Below are positions 44,015 through 54,304 of a stretch of DNA of 64,000 nt, piece by piece. The stretch comes from a virus. Taxonomy: Duplodnaviria; Caudoviricetes. A program made the position numbers and the translations under genes. The notes under the pieces were generated by a model. It was not told the origin of the DNA. It did no database searches and worked only from the letters and a program-made list of their open reading frames with translations. Numbering within the stretch: position 1 is the stretch's first letter; every line of letters begins with the position of its first letter. The stretch is from positions 644 to 64,643 of the IMG/VR virus record IMGVR_UViG_3300045110_000158; one strand, given 5' to 3'.

Positions 44015-46255
44015 CTACACGCTTGAGTTCATGTTGGTGTTGGTGTTGGTGGACGTCGAAGTAATATTACTAGTCACATTGCTGTTCGAATTCGAGTTGA
44101 CGTTGCTGTTCGAATTCGTGTTCGAGTTGACGTTGCTGTTCGCGTTTGTGTTCGAGTTGATGTTGCTGTTCGTGTTCGAGTTGACGTTGCTGTTCGAATT
44201 AGTATTGGAGTTGATGTTACTATTTGCGTTCGTGTTCGAGTTGATGTTGCTGTTCGAGTTGGTGTTCGAGTTGCTGTTAACGTTGCTGTTCGAGTTCGTG
44301 TTGCTATTTACGTTGCTGTTGGAATTGGAATTGGAGTTGCTCTCGACGTTGCTGTTGCTCGTGCTTACGTTATCGTTGAAGTTTTGGTTCGAGCTTGTGG
44401 TGTGGCTGTTGCCGGTGTTGGTGTTGTAGTTGGTATTGTAGCCGGTGTTGGTGTTGATGTTGTTGCCATCGGTCGTCTGCATGTTCGACGACCACTGCGA
44501 GCTGTTGTGCCAGCTGATCGCCCCGAGTGCGGCAGCACCAAGCTGCGCGCAAACCTGCGCGCCCACCTTGGAAGCATCGAGTGAGAGCCCACGCGCCGCG
44601 ATGTAGAGATCGCCGTTGGCCTTGGCAGTAGACACGCCAAGCTGCGTGATCTGCACCTGCTCGTTTATGATCGCTTCCCATTGCTTGGTCAGCACCTCAT
44701 TGTAACTCTGCATCGCCGCGACCTGGGCCTTGAACACCTCCGCTTCGGCAGTGTTGAACGCAGCCGCAGCCTGGGCCTGACCAACCATGCCTTTGATGGC
44801 GGAGTCGTAGCCGGAGAGCTGCGCCTGGAAAGCTTCCACCTGGCCATGAAATACCTGCACCCGGGCGTTGATCTGCGCCACACCAGCGTTGACCTCGGCA
44901 GTGTACGCATCGACCGAAGTTTTATACGCTTGCTCGATCGTTGCCTGCGCTTCCACGCTGGCCTTGTAGCCTTCGACCTCGGCCGTGTAGGCGTTGATCC
45001 GACCGACGAACGCCTTGATCTCCTCGCCGTAAATCTCGACCTTGATCTTCTCGACCTGTGCCTGGGTCTGAATGATCTCGACCTGCGTCTTGTAAATCTG
45101 CAAGACCGCCATCTGAGCCTGGACTTCGACCTCGTACTGGTGCACCAGCGCGGTGTTGATCTCAGCCTTGGTCTTCTCGTATTCGATCTGCGCCTGGGTG
45201 ATCTGGACCTGTGCCATGATCGCCTTGATCTGGGTGTCGTAGACCAGCGCCTGAGTCTTGTATCCCTCCAGCGAGGCTTTGTAGCTCTCGACCTTCGCAT
45301 TGTAGAGCGCGATGCCGGCCTCGGTCGCGTACTTGGCAGCATCGAACGCGCGCTGTGCGCTCTGGTTGGCGTACTGGATCAGCTGGCCTTCCAGGGTGGT
45401 TGCGTTCTCGCGGGCCTTGACGATGTTGGCGAGCTGCAGCTCGGCCTGCTTCGTCATGATGTCGCGGGACAAGCCGGCGATCGTATAATTTGTCTCAGTC
45501 TGTATCTTGATCCTGGCGTCGACGAACGCGCCGGGCGGGAAGGCGTAGCCCAGCACTTCCATCCTGTTCAGCTCGTTGAGCGCCGCGGCCTGCTGCTTGT
45601 ACTCGCGCTCGCGGCCGGCGTCCCACAGCGCCTGCTGGGCTTGCTTGTTGAGATGCGTGTACTCCCCGGCGGTGATCGCGAGGTCGAGGTCTTCTTCGAG
45701 GTCCTCCAGAAGCTGCGAAGTATAGGGCGCGCCAGGGATGTAGTTGAACGGCCCCGGCTCCACGGCGGTGAGCTTCGGCACGTCCGCGTTGAAGGTCGGT
45801 ATCACGATCTGCGGAAAGTTCACCGTGTCGAGCGTCATCAATGCCGGCGGGGTTGGCATCGTCACCGAGACGGTTGGGTAGGTGAAATCTAGATTGGTGA
45901 CCGGCGCGTCGGGCACGGTGCCCGCGAACGGCACGGGGGCAGCGCCGAAACTGAGCGTCGGCGCTTGGCCCGTAAATGGCGGGATGGTGATGCCCGACAA
46001 ATCCACCTGCCCGCTGAACGGCGGGGGTGCGGTCGGGACGGTCCAGGTCACCTCCTGCAGGGGCGGCGGAACCGCGAGCCCGGGGAACGGGGGTGTGGTG
46101 ACGGTCGGGAAGTTCACATTGATCGAGGGAGGCACGAGCTGACCGGCCTGCGCCGAAAGCGACTGGATGTACGCCTCGGCGAGGCCCACCAGCTGCGCAG
46201 ACGTGGAGAACATGTACGACGGGTCGCCCCATACGATGGGTGCTACGTACGGCAT
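44015..46255 (-). CDS. Virion protein with coiled-coil core and Asn-rich tail
   Basis: Pro-rich N-terminus, long Ala/Gln/Tyr helical repeats, (N-x)n C-terminus. Confidence 0.7.
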   Translation of the reverse strand: MPYVAPIVWGDPSYMFSTSAQLVGLAEAYIQSLSAQAGQLVPPSINVNFPTVTTPPFPGLAVPPPLQEVTWTVPTAPPPFSGQVDLSGITIPPFTGQAPTLSFGAAPVPFAGTVPDAPVTNLDFTYPTVSVTMPTPPALMTLDTVNFPQIVIPTFNADVPKLTAVEPGPFNYIPGAPYTSQLLEDLEEDLDLAITAGEYTHLNKQAQQALWDAGREREYKQQAAALNELNRMEVLGYAFPPGAFVDARIKIQTETNYTIAGLSRDIMTKQAELQLANIVKARENATTLEGQLIQYANQSAQRAFDAAKYATEAGIALYNAKVESYKASLEGYKTQALVYDTQIKAIMAQVQITQAQIEYEKTKAEINTALVHQYEVEVQAQMAVLQIYKTQVEIIQTQAQVEKIKVEIYGEEIKAFVGRINAYTAEVEGYKASVEAQATIEQAYKTSVDAYTAEVNAGVAQINARVQVFHGQVEAFQAQLSGYDSAIKGMVGQAQAAAAFNTAEAEVFKAQVAAMQSYNEVLTKQWEAIINEQVQITQLGVSTAKANGDLYIAARGLSLDASKVGAQVCAQLGAAALGAISWHNSSQWSSNMQTTDGNNINTNTGYNTNYNTNTGNSHTTSSNQNFNDNVSTSNSNVESNSNSNSNSNVNSNTNSNSNVNSNSNTNSNSNINSNTNANSNINSNTNSNSNVNSNTNSNINSNTNANSNVNSNTNSNSNVNSNSNSNVTSNITSTSTNTNTNMNSSV

Positions 46256-46258
46256 GGG

Positions 46259-47809
46259 CTAGCCTCCAGGCTGTACCTTAGGCGATTCATCCTTCGGGGG
46301 AACCAGCCCCTTGATTTTCCCCGTCTTGGTAACGTGGCTGTCGTTTGTACCAATATTTCGACCCATCTGCCAGTTGAACTGGCACTTCGTAAAGTCGATG
46401 TCCGCCGTGCCCAGTCCCTTGATCGCGGTAGGCCAGGCGCTGGGGTCGAACAACGGAGGGGCGTAGACGGGGTCGTCAGCACCGGGCTCCCAGGTTGCAG
46501 GATCACCAATGGCGTATTTGAAAAACGGTATGTAGAGCGGCTGCGTGTTGGTTGGGTGCTGGAATCCGTCCTTGAGCACATTGGTGATGAAGTGACGACG
46601 GTTCCCTTCTACGCCGGTGTCGAGAGTTTTGCCTGTCCACATCAAGAACTCGGCCATCTGGACACCATAGATGTTGTTGACGTACTTGGTAGTCGCTGGA
46701 AGCCCGACAGGCCCTGCCGGCACGGATGAATCCTCTAGCGTATATTTAGGTATGGGTTCGTCTTCGCCCGCCTCTTCCCCCGCTACCTCGTATGCACCAT
46801 CGGAGACAACATCGTTGTCTCCTTTTCCCTCGGCCCAATCGTCCGACAGTTTGTCCTTGATGTAGTTTTTGTCGTCCAAGGCAATGAAGAGTTGCGACGC
46901 ACTGTCGATATAGTCGCCAATCGGCCCATCAGCACTTTCACCGCTCGCGACACCATGTGATGCGAGTGGTTTAAGATCGACGGAAATCAGCACGTGATGC
47001 CAGGCATCTGCCGCAACGTCGATCACATCACTACGGATCGCACTGGTTCCGTCTAAGATACCCGGTGTGTTCGTATGATTTTCCTTTGGCGGGTAGCCTG
47101 GGTCTGTGTACCCGGATGGAGGTGGCGATGGTGTTGTGTTGTCTTCTCCATCGCCGTTATCTGCGTCGTTGGAGCATTCAATGATCAAACAAAAACAACA
47201 CAAGACATCGCAGCCAAAAGACTTAGTTCCACCGAAACATTGTCCGACGATACCTCCGGTACCACCTTGTCCCGGTGTGATGCTTGATACTTCCGTAAAG
47301 TAATTTTCCGTCTTAGGTACTTTGGCGGATTCAAAATTGACAACCAGCTTGCCATCTCTATCCACTCCAATGAACGAGGGGTCTGTTGTTGGTTGTTCTC
47401 CATCAGGAACTGTAGTGTACGTAGTGCCGTTGTATTGAGCCTCACCCCCGGAAGTGTGACTGGTGCACTCGTAGGTGAACGTAATCAAAGATGTCAGACA
47501 ACAAGACCCGGCTATGCCGTCGGTACTGGTGCACTCTGCACTGATATCTGTGAGACCACCGTGGTAGAAGGTTCCGCTGCCACTTGTCCCTGTGTAGACA
47601 TGTTCGTTTTTTGTCGTCTTGTATTTGTTGTCTCCTTTGCCCTCCTGCCCGAAGACCACGAGCGGCACGATCCCGTTGAGCGGCGGTGCAGGATCAGCGT
47701 CGCTATAATTCTCTTTCGCTTTGTCGATTGCTTTCTGCGGCACCTTGAACCACAACGAGATCACCGCCTGCTTGAACTCATCCAGGTTCTCTACACTCAG
47801 GTAGCTCAT
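46259..47809 (-). CDS. Tail-associated protein with LamG-like strands and Cys-rich insert
   Basis: ISLWFK and DAWHHVLISVD strands. Confidence 0.5.
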   Translation of the reverse strand: MSYLSVENLDEFKQAVISLWFKVPQKAIDKAKENYSDADPAPPLNGIVPLVVFGQEGKGDNKYKTTKNEHVYTGTSGSGTFYHGGLTDISAECTSTDGIAGSCCLTSLITFTYECTSHTSGGEAQYNGTTYTTVPDGEQPTTDPSFIGVDRDGKLVVNFESAKVPKTENYFTEVSSITPGQGGTGGIVGQCFGGTKSFGCDVLCCFCLIIECSNDADNGDGEDNTTPSPPPSGYTDPGYPPKENHTNTPGILDGTSAIRSDVIDVAADAWHHVLISVDLKPLASHGVASGESADGPIGDYIDSASQLFIALDDKNYIKDKLSDDWAEGKGDNDVVSDGAYEVAGEEAGEDEPIPKYTLEDSSVPAGPVGLPATTKYVNNIYGVQMAEFLMWTGKTLDTGVEGNRRHFITNVLKDGFQHPTNTQPLYIPFFKYAIGDPATWEPGADDPVYAPPLFDPSAWPTAIKGLGTADIDFTKCQFNWQMGRNIGTNDSHVTKTGKIKGLVPPKDESPKVQPGG

Positions 47810-48012
47810 GACGCCTCCCCATCTTGAGGCGGCTTAGGCGGTTCAACTATTTTTTGTTTGAACACGATCGCCTGTAATTTCGAGATATCTCCGATAGCGC
47901 TCCCAAATACTTCCTTCAGAAGACGCCCAGCCTCAGCACGATCGCCACGATTGAGTGCGTCTCTAGCTTCCTTCAGCAACTTGCCGCGTTCTTCGCAGTT
48001 AGTACAAGCCAT
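47806..48012 (-). CDS. Small protein (MACxxC)
   Basis: GAGGA SD; coupled to the next gene. Confidence 0.6.
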   Translation of the reverse strand: MACTNCEERGKLLKEARDALNRGDRAEAGRLLKEVFGSAIGDISKLQAIVFKQKIVEPPKPPQDGEAS

Positions 48013-48024
48013 GATCCAATTCCT

Positions 48025-48660
48025 CTAAGCGTCACCAGCTCCATCGCCAAACTCGACCGCCAAGAAGCACGGAATGTCTAGTTCCAGGAACTCTGGCGCT
48101 TTCTTCTCTTCCTTCTTCTCCTCTTCCGGCAACTCCTCTTTTGGCGGCTTCTCCTCTTCCGGCGGCTTTTCCTCTTCCGGCGGCCTCTCCTCTGGCGGCG
48201 GTTGATCCTCCGGCACCAGTGGCGGGCCTTCGGGTTCTGGCACCCTCGTCTCTATGTCTGGTGGCCGTGATACTTCTGGCGGCTCTTCCGGTGTTGGCGG
48301 CTTTGGTGTCTCTGGTGCTTCCTCAACTGCTGGTATCTCTGGCGCCGCTTCAGCTTGCGGAGCGAGATGGTAGTGCATCTTCTCCATCCCCTGCACATAA
48401 CTGTAGTAGACAGTCATGTCTCTCAGGGGGAGTATGGAGCTGTGGATATCGAGCCCTCCAACCTCGATCTGTTGCCGCTGAATCGAAACGAATCTGTTGA
48501 TGACCGGTTGGTTCTGTCTGATTATTTCAGTGGCCAGCTTATTGGCATCTTGCGGCGGCGGCACATTGCTGGCGTCGACACTCGTGGTGATCGGCATCGG
48601 CACCTGACCGACGCCCTGATCAACCGGCACCCATGATGGCGGTCGCTCAACATCCGGCAT
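48025..48660 (-). CDS. Hypothetical protein with Pro/Glu-rich repeats
   Basis: PPEEEK tandem repeats. Confidence 0.6.
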   Translation of the reverse strand: MPDVERPPSWVPVDQGVGQVPMPITTSVDASNVPPPQDANKLATEIIRQNQPVINRFVSIQRQQIEVGGLDIHSSILPLRDMTVYYSYVQGMEKMHYHLAPQAEAAPEIPAVEEAPETPKPPTPEEPPEVSRPPDIETRVPEPEGPPLVPEDQPPPEERPPEEEKPPEEEKPPKEELPEEEKKEEKKAPEFLELDIPCFLAVEFGDGAGDA

Positions 48661-48666
48661 AGCAGA

Positions 48667-48837
48667 TCAGTGTGTACCGAGCAGGCGTCCAACCCCTCCG
48701 AAAATCTCAGCCGCAATCCAGAACGCGACCGCCGCCCAGCCAAGATGCCAGCGCGGCGTAGGCTGCGGGCTCCACACCGATGCCAGCACGGCACACACGA
48801 AAGCGAACACCAAAAGCACTAGGCCAACATTACCCAT
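48667..48837 (-). CDS. Two-TM small protein (holin candidate, not in the ORF track)
   Basis: MGNVGLVLLVFAFVCAVLASVWSPQPTPRWHLGWAAVAFWIAAEIFGGVGRLLGTH; AGGAG SD. Confidence 0.55.
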   Translation of the reverse strand: MGNVGLVLLVFAFVCAVLASVWSPQPTPRWHLGWAAVAFWIAAEIFGGVGRLLGTH

Positions 48838-50666
48838 CACACTCTCCTTCCTCTCGTCATCGGGATGAACTCGATTGAGTCAAGGTCGAAATCCTGGCCC
48901 TCGGTTATAAGCTCCCAGGCCATGTAAGTCGTGCTAATGCCTTTTCCCACCTTGACTTTCGTCGTCATCAGGTTCGGCTGCGCTTTGAGTTCGTAGACGT
49001 ATTCCCGGCCATCGCCAGCGACCAATTTAAGATAGAACCGGCCGCCGCCGCGGATCGCGACATACACGCCCTTGATGCCGAACATCTTCTTCTCGTTGAG
49101 CTGGAGGTACCCGCCCATCAAATCGGAGATGATCAGCGCGCCATCGTCGGTGTCGCCGTCCAACTCATAGAGCCCATCGGGGCCAGCTGCGACGTACCGG
49201 TTGCCCAGTAACGCAAACGAATTAAAATCATAGTTGAGATACTCGGTGACCGCGGCGGTCCTGGTGTTCACCGCCCAGGCCGTCGTTGTTCCAGAGGGGC
49301 TGATGTAGAGCGCGTCGATCACCACCCCGTCGAGCAGCGGGTCGCCCCTGTAGAGCATGTGCACCAGCTGCTCCGGGCTCACCTGGATGTTTCCGACCAG
49401 CTTCAGAACCAGCTTGCTGTTGAGCGCCGGGTGAACGGTAAGCAGCTGAGACAGGGCACCGCCCGCGATGAACTGCCGACCCAAGGTGTCGTGTACAGTG
49501 AACAGCTCCGCCAATATCTCGTTAACAAGATGTTCGAGCGTGTCTCCAAGCCTCACCCGGCTGTCGAGCATCAAGTGGTAGTGGGACGCTGGCGATGCCG
49601 CGGCTGACACCAGAAGCTTCTGCAGCAGCTTCACGCTCATCCCGCCGGTCAACAGCTGAGACAGGTTGATCTGTTGACTTAAAGTGACAGGGTGTTTGAG
49701 CTTGAAACCTTCAGTTTCGATCAGCTTGACCAGCTGCGCCAAGGATGCCTTGTAGGTCATGTGGGCGGCATAAGGATCGGAGATTTTAAGCACCTCCGTC
49801 AGCGCCCGACCCCAGATGAACTTTGGAATTGTAGTCTGACCTACAGTCAGATTCTGCACCATGTTATAAACGGCACGAAACTTCGGGATCAGCGTTGCCC
49901 CGACATTCATCGGGAAAGTAACGGCGAAATGAAACTGTGAATGCGGCTCCAGGCTGGGGGTCACCATGATGGCGACTTCACGCATCAACTTTACGAACCT
50001 CATCTTGTAGCTGATAGCCTGAGGCAAGCTGATCGCAAAGCTGGAAGACAAGTGGTAGCGAACCTTTGGCTTCATGACGGCAAGGCTAGCAACACCTTGC
50101 GGCAAAGTGACGTTGTACGTCATCTTGGGCGATGTGGTTTGACCGCCGATGACACCATCCTGCAGGTACGTATTGAAGTAGTGCGGCGCGGTCGCATCCA
50201 GCGAACCGGCACCATCCATCTGGCCAACGGTAGCGCCCTCGACACTGATCGCGATTACCGAAGCGACGCCGTCCATCTGGCCACCGCGCCGGCCCAGCGA
50301 GGCACTGGCGCCCAGCACATCAGCCAAGCCATCCAGATGACCAGCGCCGCTAGCCAGCTCGGCGCCATCGGCCATCATGTCGGCGTGACCGTCCATGCTG
50401 GCTGCGCCCATGCGGAGAATGGCGCTAGCGGCCAGCATGTCAGACTGACCATCCATCTGAGCCACGGTCGAAGCTACAGTACGACCAACAGCAGAGACAG
50501 CAGCAGCGCCGTCCATCGCAGCCGCGCCTAGCCGCTTGATGAAGCCGGGATCGTAGACACCGATATTGGAGACGACAGAAATGATGATCGCGCTGGGATC
50601 GGCGACAACGACTGACCCCAGACCCGCCCGCGATGCTGAGAGGACGGTCGTCGACATGACCGTCAA
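48837..50666 (-). CDS. Tail/virion structural protein
   Basis: N-terminal MDGxA repeats; C-terminal WAVN...VTEY.NYDFNSFA...GLYELDG domain. Confidence 0.65.
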   Translation of the reverse strand: MTVMSTTVLSASRAGLGSVVVADPSAIIISVVSNIGVYDPGFIKRLGAAAMDGAAAVSAVGRTVASTVAQMDGQSDMLAASAILRMGAASMDGHADMMADGAELASGAGHLDGLADVLGASASLGRRGGQMDGVASVIAISVEGATVGQMDGAGSLDATAPHYFNTYLQDGVIGGQTTSPKMTYNVTLPQGVASLAVMKPKVRYHLSSSFAISLPQAISYKMRFVKLMREVAIMVTPSLEPHSQFHFAVTFPMNVGATLIPKFRAVYNMVQNLTVGQTTIPKFIWGRALTEVLKISDPYAAHMTYKASLAQLVKLIETEGFKLKHPVTLSQQINLSQLLTGGMSVKLLQKLLVSAAASPASHYHLMLDSRVRLGDTLEHLVNEILAELFTVHDTLGRQFIAGGALSQLLTVHPALNSKLVLKLVGNIQVSPEQLVHMLYRGDPLLDGVVIDALYISPSGTTTAWAVNTRTAAVTEYLNYDFNSFALLGNRYVAAGPDGLYELDGDTDDGALIISDLMGGYLQLNEKKMFGIKGVYVAIRGGGRFYLKLVAGDGREYVYELKAQPNLMTTKVKVGKGISTTYMAWELITEGQDFDLDSIEFIPMTRGRRV

Positions 50667-53275
50667 CCAATCGTTAGTTGCGGATTAACCCAAGCAGTTG
50701 TTGTCTTGCCTAAACGAACCAGCCCGCGCACGCGGCCGGGACGCTGCGGAGTGAAGCTTGCTTGCAAGAGCTGCTTGACCGGCGTGATTATCGGCGATGA
50801 AAAACCTGCGGGAGCTGCGTTGGCAAAACTGGTGGCGCCGAAGTTGACAGTCGCGCCGTCGATGCCAAACCCTGGTGCGTACATTGGATAGGGCGCGCCA
50901 GTCAACGAACTGAAACTGAACCCTCCTACACCAGTAGCAGGATTGGCTGCGCCACTTCCATTCCAAGTATTCGCGCCGATTCGAATCCAGATCAGTTGAT
51001 TAGGGACATCAACAGCTATGCCAAAGGCAGTGCCTACAGCGATAGTCCCTGTGAGGGTCGCTCGAAACGTGTTGTTGGTATATAGGTTGGGGCCGGCAGT
51101 GCTGACGTTCGCATACTGTGCTGTTTGTGCTGCTGCCAGTGCCGCCGAAGCTGAGGCTATGCCGTACGTATTGGTCCCGGACCCAAGCGCGGTAGGCGTG
51201 ATCTCGAAGTAGTATTTACCAGACCCGAGCGCGGTGTTCGCGCGAACGCCGTTGTTGCCGCCGGCTTGTGTTGCCGTCAGGTTGCCGTTGCTGAGCGTGA
51301 GCCCTCCTGATGCGTCACCAGGATTCCATGTTGTGGGAATCGTTCCCGTCCATGGGTTGCTCGAACTCGGCAGCGCCGCCACAGGTGTCAGCAGGCTCGG
51401 CAGACTGTCGGCAAAACTGGCGATCGGATTTGATGCATCGGTCGGCAACAGGGAGAAACCAGATGGCACCACACCAGCCACTGATACTGGGGTAAGAATC
51501 CCGGTCTCCCCGTTAAGCATCGCCGTCACAGCTGGGAACAACGTTCCTACCACAGCGGCGAAACTAACGCCGCCGACGCCAGTCGCCGGATTCGCGGTAC
51601 CGCTGCCATTCCAGTTCCCTGCTGTCCCGCTTCTGAACCAAGCCAGCTTTGCTCCCAGGTCGATAGCAACACAGATAGGGTTGCCTAACCCACCCATGTT
51701 TTGGACACTCGATCCGTTGACTTGTATCCAACCAGAACTCGGCGCAACCGCAATAGCGTTAGAATTGAGCGGAGTTGCTGCTAATGCAAAACCGACCCAA
51801 CCCGACGTACTAACTGTGAACTCGCAATAAAACTTACCGGACGAAACTCCTTGTGTTGCCCGCACGCCTGTGTTGCTCGATGACGAGGTGGCTAGAAGGT
51901 TGCCACTACTAAGCGCGATGGCAGCCGACTTGTCGCTCGGATTCCATGTTGCTGTCGCCCCGCCCATGTACTCCAGCAACAATCGGATATCGTTGTTGTT
52001 GAGCGAGGCAGCAGAAAAAACTTCCACTGTCGCCGTCTTCGATGCACCGACAGCAATGCTCTCGATGTCGAAGGAAAAATTATCTAATAGATAGCAGAGA
52101 AGATCGCTGCGCAAACTGGATGCCAACTTGAGACTGTAACCGCCTATGTCATCCTGCGCCCCGGCGCTTAAATACGTACTACGATCAGTGATAAGATCAC
52201 CTGCGTAGGTGTGACGTTCGTTGAGGACGCTGGTGCCGTTGTAGCAATTGACCAGCTCGACCTCATCAAGCACGGCGTAACCTGTAGCTGGCGTGGCCAG
52301 CAACGTCACTCCTGGCGCAATGCGGCAACTGTCGAGCAGCGCCTTGAATCCGTACCAGCCAAGCGTGTTGCCAGCAAACAAGGTGCTGGTGAGCGCACTC
52401 AGATCAACCCCTCTAAGTGTGATAATCGCTGCACCATTGATTGAAAACAACGAGGTGGGCAGAGTTGCCGCCACGATAGCCGCTGGCGTGTTGATCCAGG
52501 TGAGGTCGAGGAAATAGCCGCTGAAAGCAATTGCCTGAGCGGCATTGCTGAACTGAAGCGTGACGTTGTCCCAGAGCAGCTTGACCCCGCTATTATTGTA
52601 GAACTTCGATGTGGAGGCTGCGCTGGGGCCAAACACAAAAGTACAGTTTTTGAAGACGGTGGTTTTAACCGTGCCGTTGTTGAAGTAGAAATTGTTGGCG
52701 TTGTTTAGCGTGAACGTGAAGCCTTGCCAGAGCATGGCGCACATGGTGTCGAAAGATATCCCATTGCCGCCAGCTCCCGACGTGATTACTGCTCCGCTCT
52801 GAACATCAGCCGCGACCGGCGGCACCGACCCGGCCCGATTAACCGAAGTAATCGACACCGAGCCCCAACTTATAGACCCGTTGTTGGCAACCAGGGCCCC
52901 CATGTTTCCAGTGCCGATCTCGTTGTGATCGCTGGCAACGAACACCCGATCCCCAATCAACGGGCGCCCTTGGGCTTGATTTGACATCAGCGCGTAGACT
53001 GATCCAGCAGCTGCACTCCAACCGTAGGTCGATTGTCCGGAAACGTTGGTAAAGGTAGCCGTACCTTGAGCAACCGTTCCATTGTTAAGAGCAGCAGTAC
53101 CCCAGCCATTCTCGGTCGCAGCCGACGTACCAGCTGTGGTGCAGCGAAAGACGTAGAGCGCCCAAACAGCCGAAGGCGTAATAGGTCGCACCAACTGCCC
53201 GATCGTGTACGCAGTGTTGACTGCGAACACCGGTATTGCCGCGTAGTTCGCCGATGAGACGTACCAGTCAGCCAT
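50663..53275 (-). CDS. Tail fibre or receptor-binding protein with two SPRY/ConA-like domains
   Basis: Two copies of TWNP.D...LS.GNL.AT...GVRA...SGK(F/Y)Y.E...WNGSG.ANPATGVGG. Confidence 0.7.
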   Translation of the reverse strand: MADWYVSSANYAAIPVFAVNTAYTIGQLVRPITPSAVWALYVFRCTTAGTSAATENGWGTAALNNGTVAQGTATFTNVSGQSTYGWSAAAGSVYALMSNQAQGRPLIGDRVFVASDHNEIGTGNMGALVANNGSISWGSVSITSVNRAGSVPPVAADVQSGAVITSGAGGNGISFDTMCAMLWQGFTFTLNNANNFYFNNGTVKTTVFKNCTFVFGPSAASTSKFYNNSGVKLLWDNVTLQFSNAAQAIAFSGYFLDLTWINTPAAIVAATLPTSLFSINGAAIITLRGVDLSALTSTLFAGNTLGWYGFKALLDSCRIAPGVTLLATPATGYAVLDEVELVNCYNGTSVLNERHTYAGDLITDRSTYLSAGAQDDIGGYSLKLASSLRSDLLCYLLDNFSFDIESIAVGASKTATVEVFSAASLNNNDIRLLLEYMGGATATWNPSDKSAAIALSSGNLLATSSSSNTGVRATQGVSSGKFYCEFTVSTSGWVGFALAATPLNSNAIAVAPSSGWIQVNGSSVQNMGGLGNPICVAIDLGAKLAWFRSGTAGNWNGSGTANPATGVGGVSFAAVVGTLFPAVTAMLNGETGILTPVSVAGVVPSGFSLLPTDASNPIASFADSLPSLLTPVAALPSSSNPWTGTIPTTWNPGDASGGLTLSNGNLTATQAGGNNGVRANTALGSGKYYFEITPTALGSGTNTYGIASASAALAAAQTAQYANVSTAGPNLYTNNTFRATLTGTIAVGTAFGIAVDVPNQLIWIRIGANTWNGSGAANPATGVGGFSFSSLTGAPYPMYAPGFGIDGATVNFGATSFANAAPAGFSSPIITPVKQLLQASFTPQRPGRVRGLVRLGKTTTAWVNPQLTIG

Positions 53276-53281
53276 CTACGT

Positions 53282-53716
53282 TTAACTCTCAGTAATAGTC
53301 GTCCCGGTCGTGAGCTGTGGCGACACCCCGGATGACACAGCTAGGCTTGGTGTGATCGGCCCGCGATACAAAATCTTGCCGGCTCCAGTTAGGTTTGTGC
53401 CAACTGCGGTCCAAATCTCCGTCTCAGTGCCGCCAGTCGCGGTCGGGAAAATTACCGACGCTGCCAATGTGCATGCGTTGCCAGACACCGTGAAGCCCGC
53501 CGTCGTGCGCGGCACGGCCATTCGGGTATAGCCTGTATAGGCCGCTTCGCTAACGGTTTGGCTGCCACCTACGCCAGGATCGGCGGTGTGAAGCGACATG
53601 TAGAGATTCGTCAGTGGGGCCGAGGCTGCGTTGTCGGCGATGTTGGCGATCGCGACGCCGTTAAAGATTAGCTTGAGAAGATCGTTGTCGAACGTACTGC
53701 CCTTACCGCCAGCCAT
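53282..53716 (-). CDS. Small structural protein, paralog of 2499-2936
   Basis: LHTADPG motif; AGGAGG SD. Confidence 0.7.
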   Translation of the reverse strand: MAGGKGSTFDNDLLKLIFNGVAIANIADNAASAPLTNLYMSLHTADPGVGGSQTVSEAAYTGYTRMAVPRTTAGFTVSGNACTLAASVIFPTATGGTETEIWTAVGTNLTGAGKILYRGPITPSLAVSSGVSPQLTTGTTITES

Positions 53717-53728
53717 GGTGGCCTCCTA

Positions 53729-54280
53729 TTATGCGGACGCCGCGGTGAAGGTGTACGTCAGCTGCAGGATGTCCGAACTGACCACCGCCTTAGGAGAGCC
53801 AAACTGTGCACCAGAGAACAGTACGCCGCTGGTGCCGTTGATCGCTGAGGACGAGATCAGGAACGCGCCATAGACGTTTATCGTTGCGTTGAATGTAAAC
53901 GATGCCTGGTTTGCCGCATTGGTGATCGACTGGCTCGCCGGAGGTTGCGACTGCCAGGACTGCCGGGTCCCGGCTGTGTACTGTGTCACCTCGCCGGCAT
54001 TCGCCGCGATCGTGGCTGCTGTATCGCTTGCCAGAAGGGTGTAATTATTGGCGAACAAGGCGATGAACCAGTTGTTCACCACCGACTGAGAGCCAAGCGC
54101 AGCCCCCAAGAGGTAGTTAAGTCCCTGGTTGACAACGATGTTTTTACATTCAAACTCGTCGATCACCCGCTTGTCCCGGATGATTTTCCCAAGGAAGCGT
54201 CCGCCGATCATCTGCCGGACAGGTACCAGCAATCGCCGATCGGGAACCAGCAGCGGCTGCGCGCGAGGAATCGGCAACAT
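53729..54280 (-). CDS. Structural protein
   Basis: Start at 54280 with AGGAGG SD; NIVVNQGLNYLL...GAFL...GVLFS pattern. Confidence 0.7.
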   Translation of the reverse strand: MLPIPRAQPLLVPDRRLLVPVRQMIGGRFLGKIIRDKRVIDEFECKNIVVNQGLNYLLGAALGSQSVVNNWFIALFANNYTLLASDTAATIAANAGEVTQYTAGTRQSWQSQPPASQSITNAANQASFTFNATINVYGAFLISSSAINGTSGVLFSGAQFGSPKAVVSSDILQLTYTFTAASA

Positions 54281-54304
54281 CGGAAACCCTCCTAAGGTTA
54301 GACC

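Noticed and set aside
44031-44470. AAC-rich tract as a DGR template repeat; hydrophobic plus-strand ORF 44031-44429
   Set aside because: No reverse transcriptase and no second copy differing at adenines was seen; the plus ORF is the antisense shadow of the Asn repeat
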